Source: Lytechinus pictus
Lineage: Eukaryota
Length of the DNA: 64,000 nt
Assembly: GCF_037042905.1 (NCBI RefSeq)
Contig: NC_087250.1
Coordinates: 11,782,001 to 11,846,000, forward strand
Direction of reading: 5' to 3'
In this document: positions 1 through 11,246 of the stretch, piece by piece
Layout of the letters: each line of letters begins with the position of its first letter
Position numbering within the stretch: position 1 is the stretch's first letter
Translations under genes and position numbers: made by a program
The notes under the pieces: model-generated
The model's database searches: none
Seen by the model: the letters and a program-made list of their open reading frames with translations, nothing else
Told to the model about the DNA's origin: nothing

Positions 1-533
1 TTAACAATGTTGGTTACCTATCTCATACATATCCATTATTTTTAAAAAATAAACTCCTTCGTATGTTTTATATTTATATCTATAACTTAGAAATCTTTAT
101 GTATTAGTTAAATGCCAATGATATACCTTCTGTTATTGCCTCCCTTTAAAAAAAATAGCAGTGTCCATGGATATCCTACTCGGCAAAATAATATTTTTAA
201 TCTTCCTCGTGTAAGAACTTCGTTTGCCAAAACGAATATCACTTTTACAGGTCCACAATACTGGAATGCCCTCCATAATGAACTATTACATTCACCCTCA
301 ATATACTGTATATATATATATATATCCTTTTTTGCCTCTCTTAGCAATAATTATTTCCATGCTACTACAGGCTCTAATTCAATTTGTTGCTTTTTCACTT
401 ATTATTTTTACTCATTATTTATGTATTTGTGTATCCCCCGTTTTTTTAACTTTTTTGTTTGCTCTTTTATTTATTCCTCTATTTTTCTTGTGGTATTGAT
501 ATTTTTATGGGACTCTCACTGCATATTCTTTGG
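1..533 (+). mobile_element. 3' fragment of a CR1/L2-group LINE (ORF2 C-terminus and 3'UTR), interrupted at 534 and continuing at 5741-6012
   Basis: HGYPTRQNNIFNLPRVRTSFAKTNITFTGPQYWNAL is a typical LINE ORF2 C-terminus; the 3'UTR resumes after the TGG TSD and ends AATAAAC(TTGAAC)n. Confidence 0.7.
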
Positions 534-2049
534 TAGTCCAGTAGATATGTGAAAAAGATGCTCGAATCTGGCAGAAAGTGTGAAATTTGGCATACAGGGG
601 TATTTTTGGGCGCTGATTTAAAAAATTGCCGGCCCCAAGCGATTTGACCATCGGGTCGGCCGCCATTTTGAAATCCAAGATGGCCGCCATGATAAATCAT
701 TAAATGTCAATTTCTTGAGTTTTACATGGCATGTGACACTGAAATTTTGCATATAGGGGTATTTTGAGGCACTGATTTCAAATATTGCCGCCCATCAGCA
801 ATTTGACCATTTGGTCGGCGGCAAAATGGCCGCCATCTTGAAATCCAAGATGGCCGCCTTGATATATCATTGCAATCATTTTCTCGAGTTTTATATGAAC
901 TGCGGTATTAAAATTTTGCATATAGGCTTAATTAGGGGTGCTGATTTCAAATATTGCCGGCCCCAAGTATTTTGACCATCGGGTCGGCCGCCATTTTGAA
1001 ATCCAAGATGGCCGCCCTGAGAAATCATTAATGTCACTTTCTTGAGTTTTACATGACGTGTGACACTGAAATTCGGTATGTTGGGATATTTTTAGGCACT
1101 GATTTTAAATATTGCCTCCCCCCAGCAATTTGACCATTTGGTCGGTGGCTAAATGGCCGCCATTTTGAAATCCAAGATGGCCGCCATGAAAAATCATTAA
1201 ATGTCATTTTCTTGAGTTTTACATGATATGTGACACTGAAATTTGGCAAATAGGGGTATTTTGAGGCACTGATTTCAAATATTGCCGGCCCTCAGCAATT
1301 TGACCTCCAGGTCAGCGGCAAAACGGCCGCCATCATAAAATCCAAGATGGCCGCCATGAAATACCATTGCAATAATTTTCTTTAGTTTTGTATGAGCTAT
1401 GGTATTGAAATTTAGCATATACAGTGTAGGTGTAGTTTAGGGCACTTATTTCAAATAGTCTTACCACCAGGTCAGCCGCCACCTTGAAATCTAAGATGGC
1501 CGCCATGAAAATCACTAAAAATCATTTTCTTCAATTTTACATGTGCTCTGAACTTTGGCAAATAGAGTACTTATTTTGGGGTGCCGATTTCAAATATTGC
1601 CAGCCACAAGTGCTCTGACCATCAGTTCAGCGGCAAGATGGCTGCCATGAAAAACCATATCAAAATAATTTTCTTGGATTTTACATTATATATGACACCA
1701 AACTTTGGCATACAGAAGTACGTGGCACACCGGGTTTCGGCAAAATGACCGCCATGAATTAAAAGCAATGATAATTGTCTTGAGTTTTACATGAACTCTG
1801 GCCCTGAAAGTTGTCATATAGGCATATATTTAGGCACTGATTATTGTCAGACCCCTGTTTGGTTGCCATTTTGAAATACAAGATGGCCGCCATGAAAGAT
1901 AATTTGCTCAAGTCTTACGTATGGCCTTTAACACTTTGAATTTGGAGAAAAACTTGATCTTTGCATCCTTGATCAATGAAAAAAAACATTAAGTAGATGC
2001 TATTTTGAATTCTAATATGGTTACCAAGTTTGAATGATGTACAACATTA

Positions 2050-2280
2050 TAATGGTGAGTAAAACCCATTGTATTGGCACTGAAAACAAATCCAACACAA
2101 CCACATCTTTGTCCGTTGCAAGGATTATAATACTTTGGCACCCCGTTGCTGATATAGATGTTACGTAAGTATGAAGCACCGTGAATACAAAAACCAGCTA
2201 GCTTCTTCTGCAGTTCCACATTTGAAGTGGCTTTGGTTGAATAATAACCATCCGGAATAATCATTTTCGGTTGAGAGGCT
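2050..2280 (-). pseudogene. Frameshifted remnant of an Academ transposase XPG/PIN-like domain
   Basis: Across frames reads AEEA...FCIH...G-CQSIIILATDKDVVVL, matching the EEADTR..LH...I.S.DTDV.VL motif. Confidence 0.55.
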
Positions 2281-2955
2281 GTAAATTATTTCTTTGAGTT
2301 TTATATGATCTGCAGTATCGCACTTTGACATATCGACGGAGTGCGGGGTGCTTATTTCAAATATTGCTGGCCCTCAGCGATCTGATCCCCTGAGTCAGAA
2401 GCAAAATGTCAGCCATCTTGAAATCCAAGATGGCTGCCATTAAAAAAGATCATTAAAAAAATCACTTTATCTAGTATCACGTAATGTATTATTTTAAAAT
2501 TTGGCATCTAGGGATATTGAAATTGCCCCCAGTAATCTGTCCAATAGATATGCTGCAAAATGGCCACCATCTTGAAATCTAGAGAGGATCGACTGTCATG
2601 AAAATTCATTAAAATCATTTTCTTGGTTTAAATAATTTGAGGCACTGCATTTTAGACATACAGGCAGGTTTTTGGCCTGCTGGTTTCAGAATATTGCTCC
2701 AATAATTGTGATATTTTATTACAAATCGACATGAAGATAACTGCTCCAGACTTGAAGTACTGATGGTTATATAGTGGTATGATGATGATGATGATGAATT
2801 AATATTAATGATGGATGATAATAATACATATTTTATTGTTCTAAATAGAATTCAGTAACAGAAATGCTCCGAAAATGTATTTTGCCCATACCCTGTAAAT
2901 CGTGAGCCCGGCAGCAACTTAGCAGCGCCACGTCGGACGTTGCTCTATCCCTTAA

Positions 2956-3420
2956 AAAGGGAAGTTCATCCCGGAGAAAAGTTTGTTGTAAAAACACAAG
3001 AAAATATGATATAAAAAAGATATTGGTAAATCAATCTAAGATATTAGAATTTTAAGTTTTTGATTTGTGAAGTCATATACTGTACGAGCAGCTGCCCCAT
3101 TATGTTGTGTGATATAAAATGCATAAATGGTTCATCATGGGTAATTTTTTTCTTTCAGGAGCGGGTGTGAATCATTTGTTTGTTGATATACTGAGGGTTC
3201 AATAAAAAACATTTTCATTTTTTTAAGAGGCTACATTTCATTGATTTTTGTACTTTAAGAAACATGGGGGAACTGCTTTCATCTGGCGTCACAAATACAC
3301 AAAATGAAATTCCCATAGCTTTTTAAATATTAGATGGAATTTCCTCAAACCTTCAATATTTTTTTCATTATTTATTCTGTTATTGTTTCAATAAACTTTT
3401 TGTCAGGGTGAACTTCCCCT
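2956..3420. mobile_element. Kolobok-like MITE (TTAA site)
   Basis: ttaa|AAAGGGAAGTTCATCCC ... GGGTGAACTTCCCCT|ttaa. Confidence 0.6.
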
Positions 3421-3424
3421 TTAA

Positions 3425-3680
3425 TTCGTTGACCGCCAAACAGGGTAGAAGCAACTCCCCTCTTTTAACATATTTTGGTCTGATGCTGTCGGAGCTTGAT
3501 CTCCCAAATTGTGAGGCGAACATGCTCCCATTGTCAGATTGTCGAACACACGATGGTTATCAATTAAATCGTTCCAAAGTAATTCCTGGAGATCTGTAAG
3601 ATTCACTGTCAACCGCCTAGCATATAAATGATTGATAGCAATAATGAATGGTTTACCATCAGTTATACCATACATGAATT
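3425..3680 (-). pseudogene. Degenerate Academ transposase core remnant
   Basis: NHLYARRLTVNLTDLQEL...DQAPTASDQNMLKEG resembles the recalled DH.NYARWL.VH..DM..L...DQAHEQNN..VKG.GG block; it lies N-terminal to the XPG remnant on the same strand. Confidence 0.45.
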
Positions 3681-4334
3681 TTGATTCTTGCTATCATATT
3701 GTACTTATTTTCCCCCACAATAATCAATATTTAGAACTAAGCTAGGTAATCATGTCCTTTGTGTCATGATGGGTCATATGGGAATTCAAAATGGCAGATA
3801 AAGTGTGTTATGTGTTATATGTTCATTATCTATCCATATTTGAAATTAACATACAATACAAGTTTTTGCTTCATAATACCAATTTACAGTGTCACAGGTA
3901 ATGTAGAATTCAGGAAAACATTTTTGAAAGATATTTCGTAGTAGCCATCTTAAATGTCAAAGTGGCGGTCATTTTCAGCTGACCCGGTGGATCAATCACT
4001 GGGGCAGCAATACTCTAAACCAGCAGGCCAAAACCTGCCTGTATGTCTAAAATGCAGTGCCTCAAATTATTTAAAACTCAAGAAAATTATTTTAATGAAT
4101 TTTCATGACAGTCGATCCTCTCTAGATTTCAAGATGGTGGCCATTTTGCAGCATATCTATTGGACAGATTACTGGGGGAAAATTTCAATACCCCAAGATG
4201 CCAAATTTCAAAATAATACCTACGTTATAATTTTGATACTTGATTTTTTTTATGATTTTTTTTATGGCAGCCATCTTGGATCTCAAGATAGCTGCCATTT
4301 TGCAACTGAGGTATCACGGGCCTAAAATATTTCC

Positions 4335-4533
4335 CAAAGACTCGTGTGTTAAAGAGACGCTCTAAAAAAAAAAAAGGATGAAATTCGAGAATTGAATGTT
4401 TACTACCTGTCCAGTGGATAGGATATATGTCTGACATTCCATATCTGACTAGAAAAGGGTACCTCGACCTGCTCATTTTAAAAATAAATCGGCATTTATG
4501 AAGACTACACCTGACAGGATCAAATTCATCACT
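4335..4533. repeat. Dispersed repeat; inverted copy at ~41850-42056
   Basis: CTGACATTCCATATCTGACTAGAAAA...GAAGACTACACCTGACAGGATCAAATTCATCACTTG matches the reverse complement at 41850-42056. Confidence 0.75.
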
Positions 4534-5830
4534 TGTTTTTCATCAAACTGGTGTTTCTGGTCCAATAAATGGTTTCCAGTAGATTTTTACTGGTTTCCAA
4601 TATATGTTTACTGGACCAGTTGATTTTTAACTGGACCAGTAAAAATCAACTGGAGACTAGTTCAAACAATTGCATTCCAGTTGAAGCAAAGTAGTAATAC
4701 CAGTTAAATTGTTTTTCATCAAACTGGTGTTACTGGTCCAATAAATAATGACTTTATTTCAAGTCAGATCATTTGACGAATTATGGAAAATGAATCTTGC
4801 AATTCAGAGAAAGTTATTATCGATATCATTGTTATCATCATTCTTCTTATAATTATCATAATGATTATTATTATGATTATTATGATCATTGTTGTCATCA
4901 TTCTTATTACTGTTATCATTGTTATCGATATTGCAAATGGCGGCTGACCCGATGGTCAAATCGCTTGAGGCCGGCAATATTTGAATTCAGCACCCCGAAT
5001 TAAGCCTATATGCCAAATTTCAGTGTCACATATCATGTAAAACTGAAGAAAATGACATTTCAATGATTTTTCATGGCGGCCATCTTGGATTTCAAAATGG
5101 CGGCCATTTAGCCACTGACCAAGTGGTCAAATTGCTGGGGGCCGGCTATATTTGAAATCAGTGCCTAAATATACCCCAACATACCAAATTTCAGTGTCAA
5201 ACGTCATGTAAAAACTCATGAAAATTACATTAATGATTTCAAAATGGCGGCCATCTTGGATTTCAAAATGGCGGCCGACCCGATGGTCAAATCATTTGGG
5301 GCCGGCAATATTTAAAATCAGCACCCCAAATTAAGCCTATACGCAAAATTTCAATACTGCAGTTCATATAAAACTCGAGAAAATGATTGCAATAATATAT
5401 CATGGCGGCCATCTTGGATTTCAAGATGGCGGCCATTTTGCCGCCGACCAAATGGTCAAATTGCTGATGGGCGGCAATATTTAAAATCAGTGCCTCAAAT
5501 ACCCCTATATGCCAAATTTCAGTGTCACATGCCATGTAAAACTCAAGAAATTGACATTTAATGATTTATCATGGCGGCCATCTTGGATTTCAAAATGGCG
5601 GCCGACCCGATGGTCAAATCGCTTGGGGCCGGCAATTTTTGAAATCAGCGCCCAAAAATACCCCTGTATGCCAAATTTCACACTTTCTGCCAGATCCGAG
5701 CATCTTGGCCATTTTTTGTCACATAACCGCTCCACTATGGGGCCTTTAACCAACAAGCTCTGCTTTTACTTTTGGCTTCTCATATCCACATCTCTCATTG
5801 TCTTTCTTTCTTTGTCATTATTTAACAACC

Positions 5831-6490
5831 AATTACAAGAATACATTATAGTCCTTTTTTTCTATTGTTATATCAGGTATACATTTCATATTCTACGATA
5901 TTCATTTATGCCTATCAATGATAATTTGTATTGTATAATATTACTGTTTGTATTGAGTTGTTGATTTTGTTGAAAATGTGGAATGTTGATATGAATAAAC
6001 TTTGAACCTTGAAATTACAGAATACATTATATTTCTTTTTTTTCTATTGTTATATTAGGTATACATTTCATATTTTACGATATTTATTTATGCCTATCAA
6101 TGATAATTTGTATTGTATAATATTATTGTTTGTATTGAGTTGTTGATTTTGTTGAAAATGTGAAATGTTGATATGTATAAACCTTGAACCTTGAAATTAC
6201 AGAATACATTATAGTCCTTTTTTTACATTGTTATATTAGGTATACATTTCATATTTTACGATATTTATTGATGCCTATCAATGATAATTTGTGTTGTATA
6301 ATTGTATAATTGTGAACTTGTAAGCTAGTGAGCACTTTTTGCGAGAGTGATCACGAATTTCCTTGTTGACCATAGTAGATTGCGAAACAAATGAATACCC
6401 TCTAGCGATTATAATATTATTGTCTGTATGAGTTGTTGATTTTGTTGAAAATGTGAAATGTTGATATGAATAAACCTTGAACCTTGAAAT
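5831..6490 (+). repeat. Tandem triplication (~182-bp unit) of a LINE 3' tail
   Basis: Units start ~5831, ~6013 and ~6195, each ending ATAAAC(C/T)TTGAACCTTGA; the third carries a ~110-bp insertion. Confidence 0.8.
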
Positions 6491-6591
6491 TAAGTTTTTG
6501 ACTAAAAATCTTAGGCCAGACATCCATATATTAAATGTTGCGTCGTAGTGCAAAGTCTTTTGCGTTTTGACCTATCGCCTGAATCATTGAT

Positions 6592-6629
<38 letters not shown>

Positions 6630-6631
<2 letters not shown>

Positions 6632-6893
6632 ATAATCATAAATGGTTTGGTAAATGCCGTAGAAATAAAATCGTAGATTTTAAAAGGAGCATAGCTCTAA
6701 AAAATGAAAGGTAAAGTCACACTCTTCGTCAGATTCGGATTTTGAATTCGGATTTTTTTTTTAATTCTCTTTTTTTGTCACATCATGGGCACTGACGAAG
6801 AGTGTGACTTTATCTTTCATTTTTGATAGCTATGCTCCTTTTAAAATCTACGATTTTATTTCTACGACATTTACCAAACCATTTATGATTATT
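6630..6893. repeat. ~100-bp inverted repeat between (TA)n tracts, possibly Penelope-like
   Basis: 6630-6731 is the reverse complement of ~6792-6893; (TA)n on both sides; CTGACGAAG at the inner end. Confidence 0.55.
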
Positions 6894-6922
6894 TTATTCC
6901 ATATACCGAAGCAGATTATTTC

Positions 6923-6954
<32 letters not shown>

Positions 6955-7091
6955 TCTACTTTTTTCAACTTTTGATTCAGAGTGAATGACAGCTCTGAGG
7001 GACCTCGAGTGAAGCTATATACTAATCTATAATTCTCTCATTTAATTCCTTTTACTGTTTATTATTTACATTTATCTAATTTATTTCAATG

Positions 7092-7134
<43 letters not shown>

Positions 7135-7709
7135 GCATAATATTTCACAAAACGTATCTATCTGAAAAATATCAAATATACATCTCTATATGAACAATTG
7201 ATGAGCATAAACATAGTTCAAAATATCATAAATCGTTACTAAATACTTAAAAAAAAAAAATTGACATAGTTAAGTGACGAATTCATTGTAGTTTTGAGAG
7301 CCATGATATGAATAACCTATTATTGTAGAAAAGTGCATTGAAAATGCCGGTTATTGCCTATCCTAAAAAAAGGATGAAATAAAATTAAGGAAGAATAAAA
7401 AAATATCTCGTAAATAACATGAATTCACTTTCATCATACCTTCATAACCACCTTCTTACAAACACTGTGGAAGATTTATTTCATTTCAACGCAACCCAAT
7501 ATAACAACGTGGACAACCATTCCACATAATATAACATGATAACTATAAAAACATAGAAAAATATATAATTTGTATACGTGCTTTTTGAAACCCTGTATAG
7601 ATTATGGTCATTCACACACTTGGCGATGTAGGCCTTTTTCTTTATTTTGCTTTAACTGTAATATCTCCTTTATTTTCTTCTTCTCTGTTTTTCTTACATG
7701 ACTTCAAAT

Positions 7710-7876
7710 TGGGCGTTGTGGCGTGCGCCTGTAATCCAAGCTATGTGGGGAAGTTACAAATTGATGCAGAGGTTCGAGCCCTAGTCACGTCTTTCGGATG
7801 GTAACATTAAAGATCGGTCCCAGACGTAAATAATCATATCTGATTGATACACGTCTGACAAAACTAAAATACACAC
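7710..7876 (+). mobile_element. SINE with a 7SL(Alu-domain)-like head, B-box, conserved central domain and (AC)n tail
   Basis: Head GGGCGTTGTGGCGTGCGCCTGTAATCCAAGCTA; B-box GGTTCGAGCCC at 7771; GTCTTTCGGATGG...TTAAAGATCGGTCCC; candidate TSD ACTTCAAAT/ACTTGAAAT. Confidence 0.7.
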
Positions 7877-8099
7877 ACTTGAAATATCCAAGGAGATGAG
7901 TGCCCGAATTATGGGGACACATGTATGTGTGCCCCACTACAATACCTTGTGGTAAGATTCGTCGTTTCAAAACTGAATCACTGAAAACTATCGTCAAAAG
8001 AAAATGTTCCAAATAATTATGAAACAATCTATCATGAAAAATACGGAACAAGATCCAACAAATTTATAACATTTCACTACCCCTCATTTCTCAACTTTT

Positions 8100-9060
8100 T
8101 TTTTCAACATGTTTTTATTAAGGATTTTATTAAAATAAATTCAGGATAAATGCAAGAAAATTGAGAAATCTTCATTTTACATCAACAAGAAAATACAAAT
8201 ATGTTTACAAAAAATTGAATTTTATAGGGACGGAATGAAAAAACCTTAAAAATATATATTTTGTAAATAAAGAAAATGAGCTTAGCCCCGATCCTCTATA
8301 TAGTTAACCTAATAATACATGAAATCAATATTGAATGATTTGCAGAAAAAAATAAGTATAATCATTGTTCCCTATTTTATTTTCAGCTGCCACAAAAAAC
8401 ACGTACATTGACATATACACCCATACACACACACGCAGCCAAAATACCCACCCACTTACACAAATATTAACAAACACATACAAATATGTTCATGGACATT
8501 TAATTTTGACATAAGGTACAGAAAGAATGAAATCTGCAAATCAGATTGACACAAGAGAAGGGGATATCGAAAAGAAATAGTACGAAATCAATCATGAAGA
8601 GTCACACCAAAAATAAAACTCACACCACACTAGACACATCCTACCTGTTCACATTTAAATATCTATTCACCTTCAATGTATCCCATTTCTGTTTTAGTAA
8701 GTAAACTAATCTTGCTTGGCTTTGATGCCAAGCGACTTTCTTCCTCTATGCAACCCGTAATAAATGTATTTTGGTGAAAGAAGGTACCCGGCCTCCAGCT
8801 CTAGAATTAAAAATGGCATATTTTATTAAAAAAAAAAACAGAATTAACACTATTAGAATGTCCAGGTAGTCCTAAGAAAATATCCTTCCAATTTATAGTT
8901 CTTAATTCAATTAAACAGAAATGATCAATACAAAATTGCCACAGAGGTTTAACTTTCATACAATGCATCAATATATGAAAGTATAATTCAGTTTGTGTAC
9001 GACAAAATGAGCAGTAATTATCCCAACAAAACAAAATCTCTTCAAATGTTCTTTTGTATA
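8100..9060 (-). mobile_element. L1/Tx1-clade LINE 3' fragment
   Basis: CSFCRTQTELYFHILMHCMKVKPLW is a C-terminal CCHC zinc knuckle; AATAAA and an A-rich tail near 8100-8120. Confidence 0.65.
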
Positions 9061-9129
9061 TTGCCCCATGTAAAAGTTTTTAAGCTTTTAAAAACTGAAT
9101 TCTCTTTGTTTTCTTATAAGAGTTCTGCT

Positions 9130-9740
9130 TGTTATATTTATTTATTTACTTATTCATTTTATTTCCATGCAAGAAAACATGACAGCAATAGAAACATTAC
9201 AAAAGAAATGTAATATTGAGCACCAGCCAATGCCTGGGGATCACCTAAAAGAATGGAAAATTCTGTCGAGAGGTTCTCCACATTGGCTGGTGCCTACATG
9301 GAATAACACAAAATAGCAATAAATTCAAACATGTAATTCCAATACTTCTATATAAATTAACCTTCATCGTATAATATGAAGAGAGAAACAAAAAAAAAGT
9401 TATCGAATTAATACTTTAAGAAAAAATGCAGATTTTATGTAAAACCTGCAACAAAACAAAACAGAGTAACAATACTCCCACTCTCGTCAGCCCTGAGTTA
9501 CCCTTCCTGGTGGAGGACTTCAGGGAATAGAACTACAAGGTACAAGGTAGATTGGGTCAAATCAGGAATTAGTCTTTTATCAAATTAGAGACAGAGATGG
9601 TAGGTCAATTTATTGAATATATCCAAACAATTTACAAATTTCTACATCAGTAACATTACAATCACTGTAACCATCCATGAGTGTTAATTTATTCTTGCAG
9701 ATTGACAATAAATAGGTAATAAATTGTTGTTGTTTAATTA
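9130..9740 (-). mobile_element. Probable LINE 3'UTR fragment
   Basis: T-rich UTR with a hairpin and a (TAAA)n tail on the minus strand; no clear coding motif. Confidence 0.35.
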
Positions 9741-9769
9741 CCTCAAAGACTGTTTCCTGCCTTCCAATA

Positions 9770-10000
9770 TACTGTAAAGAAATATTGGGTAAATTTTAAC
9801 CAGCACGAGTTGTGTCCTACCAATTTGGGGCAGTATTTTACCCAATGCGGGAAGCATATTGCCCAGTAAGGTTGAAAAGTAAGCAGCAATTACTTTAGAA
9901 TGGGCAAAATTTTCATCACACAGGATAGATAAAAATGCCCAATGTTGGTTTGACACATAATTACCCTTATGAAGCATTTTTACCCAATATTTTTAGAGTG
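9770..10000. mobile_element. CACT-ended MITE; relatives at ~62395-62605, ~54992-55221 and ~63140-63333
   Basis: TIR (C)ACTCTAAAAATATTGGGTAA; 62395-62605 is a reverse-complement copy. Confidence 0.6.
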
Positions 10001-10044
10001 TATTCATACTTATCCAAAAGTCTACGAAATCAATCTTTTTAAAC

Positions 10045-10050
10045 TTTATT
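10045..10050 (-). other. Candidate polyadenylation signal AATAAA for the death-domain gene
   Basis: AATAAA on the minus strand ~890 nt downstream of the stop; position only. Confidence 0.25.
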
Positions 10051-10521
10051 GAACAAAAAAAAAAAAATGGTATAGCGTGTTGGTGTAACTTGTTGGTATA
10101 GCGTGAACGATATCTTTTATTTGGAGAAGTTGATTTTCAGTATTAAATACCAAGATTTTGTAAAAAGGCCAACATACACACACACACGTGCAAAAGCACA
10201 CTCGCGCACATACTAAAGCCCAGGGCAGACTGCACGATCCGACTACAAGATTTTTGAACAAATCGTATTTTTCATTTAACATGAACACGATGAAAAGTAT
10301 GTAAACTAGTCGAAAAACTTGAATCAGGTTTCTATTTTGCTGCAAACCTTGTGGTCGATCTAAGCTTCAAATCGATTTCAAATCGCAGCCGATGATGGTG
10401 TCAATATGTTTTGGTTTTGGATTTGCTTCTCTTCCGAAAGAGAATCTCGATTCTGGAGAAAAAAAATCTGGATAATTCGATTTTAATATTAATACAACTA
10501 ATCGGAACTTACATGCATATG

Positions 10522-10568
<47 letters not shown>

Positions 10569-10606
10569 TCACCCTCACACATATACACACACCCTCACAC
10601 ACACAC

Positions 10607-10795
10607 GATAGCTCAGTCGGTAGAGCGGGGGATTCGTATTCCGGTGACCCGGGTTCGAGTCCCACTTGGTGCGCTAGTGCCCTTTGGTAAGGCATTAATC
10701 CTCAGTACCAGGTCCTTCGGAGAGGACCTTAAGCCGTCGGTCCTCTGGTTGCTTGCTTACAAGCATTCATACTTTCTTAGCAATCAGGTACAAAA
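10607..10795 (+). mobile_element. tRNA-derived SINE
   Basis: A-box TAGCTCAGTCGG, B-box GGTTCGAGTCC, then GTCCTTCGGAGAGGACCTTAAGCCGTCGGTCC; flanked by microsatellites. Confidence 0.8.
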
Positions 10796-10936
10796 TCACC
10801 ACCAATATCAATACCAATATATATATATATATATATATATACATATTTATGCATGTATATACATTTAAATCTGATCGGATTGTGTAGTTTGCGTCGGTCT
10901 TTAAGGGATGGTCTAGAAAATCCATAGGCCCAGGTT

Positions 10937-11246
10937 TCAATCAAGGAAATCGTGTTCCAGTTTAAGGTACCTCTTTATCAAGTGCGGCAAGTTTGATCTT
11001 GTAAATGCCTCTCTTAACTCCGGACGCTGTTTTGCAACTTCTGTTTTGTTCCGCCATCGGGTAAGAATGTTTTTGGTCCCTATATACCCTTTTCTACTTC
11101 CATGAGAGCTTATGTTGTCCGACACTGCTTTTCCAAAATCCTTTGTTGTGAAGCCCAGAGCATTTACCAGCACAGAAAACCGGTCGGACGGAATCTTGTA
11201 TTTTGCAACTTCAGCTATCATCTTGTCGGAAACCCTGTGTGGAACT
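10937..11246 (-). CDS. Exon 10, death domain and stop (VPHRVSDKMIAEVAKYKIPSDRFSVLVNALGF...NILTRWRNK...LREAFTRSNLPHLI...)
   Basis: caaatttcag| acceptor; helical death-domain pattern (L..ALG, IL..W, L..A.....L); TGA at 10939-10937. Confidence 0.85.

Larger units (their letters stand above)
534..5737. mobile_element. Academ-type DNA transposon, internally deleted foldback derivative
   Basis: TAGT...ACTA termini; TSD TGG (531-533/5738-5740); ~0.8-kb inverted arms (~556-1330 vs ~4935-5706) made of ~120-bp units with CAAGATGGCCGCC; transposase remnants inside. Confidence 0.8.

Noticed and set aside
479..1515. Short ORFs with MAAILDFKMAA / WRPSWISKWRP peptides (also at 5287-5964 and in other arms)
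   Set aside because: Translations of Academ subterminal repeats, open on both strands
4797..5003. His/Tyr-rich ORF
   Set aside because: Translation of an ATC/ATT microsatellite
7710..7760. Human Alu contamination or a true 7SL gene
   Set aside because: Similarity stops after ~45 nt; no Alu body, poly(A) or S domain; continues into a domain shared with a local SINE
10607..10680. tRNA gene
   Set aside because: No complete cloverleaf or T-terminator; runs into a SINE body (same for 13430-13541, 52080-52162 and 55357-55430)
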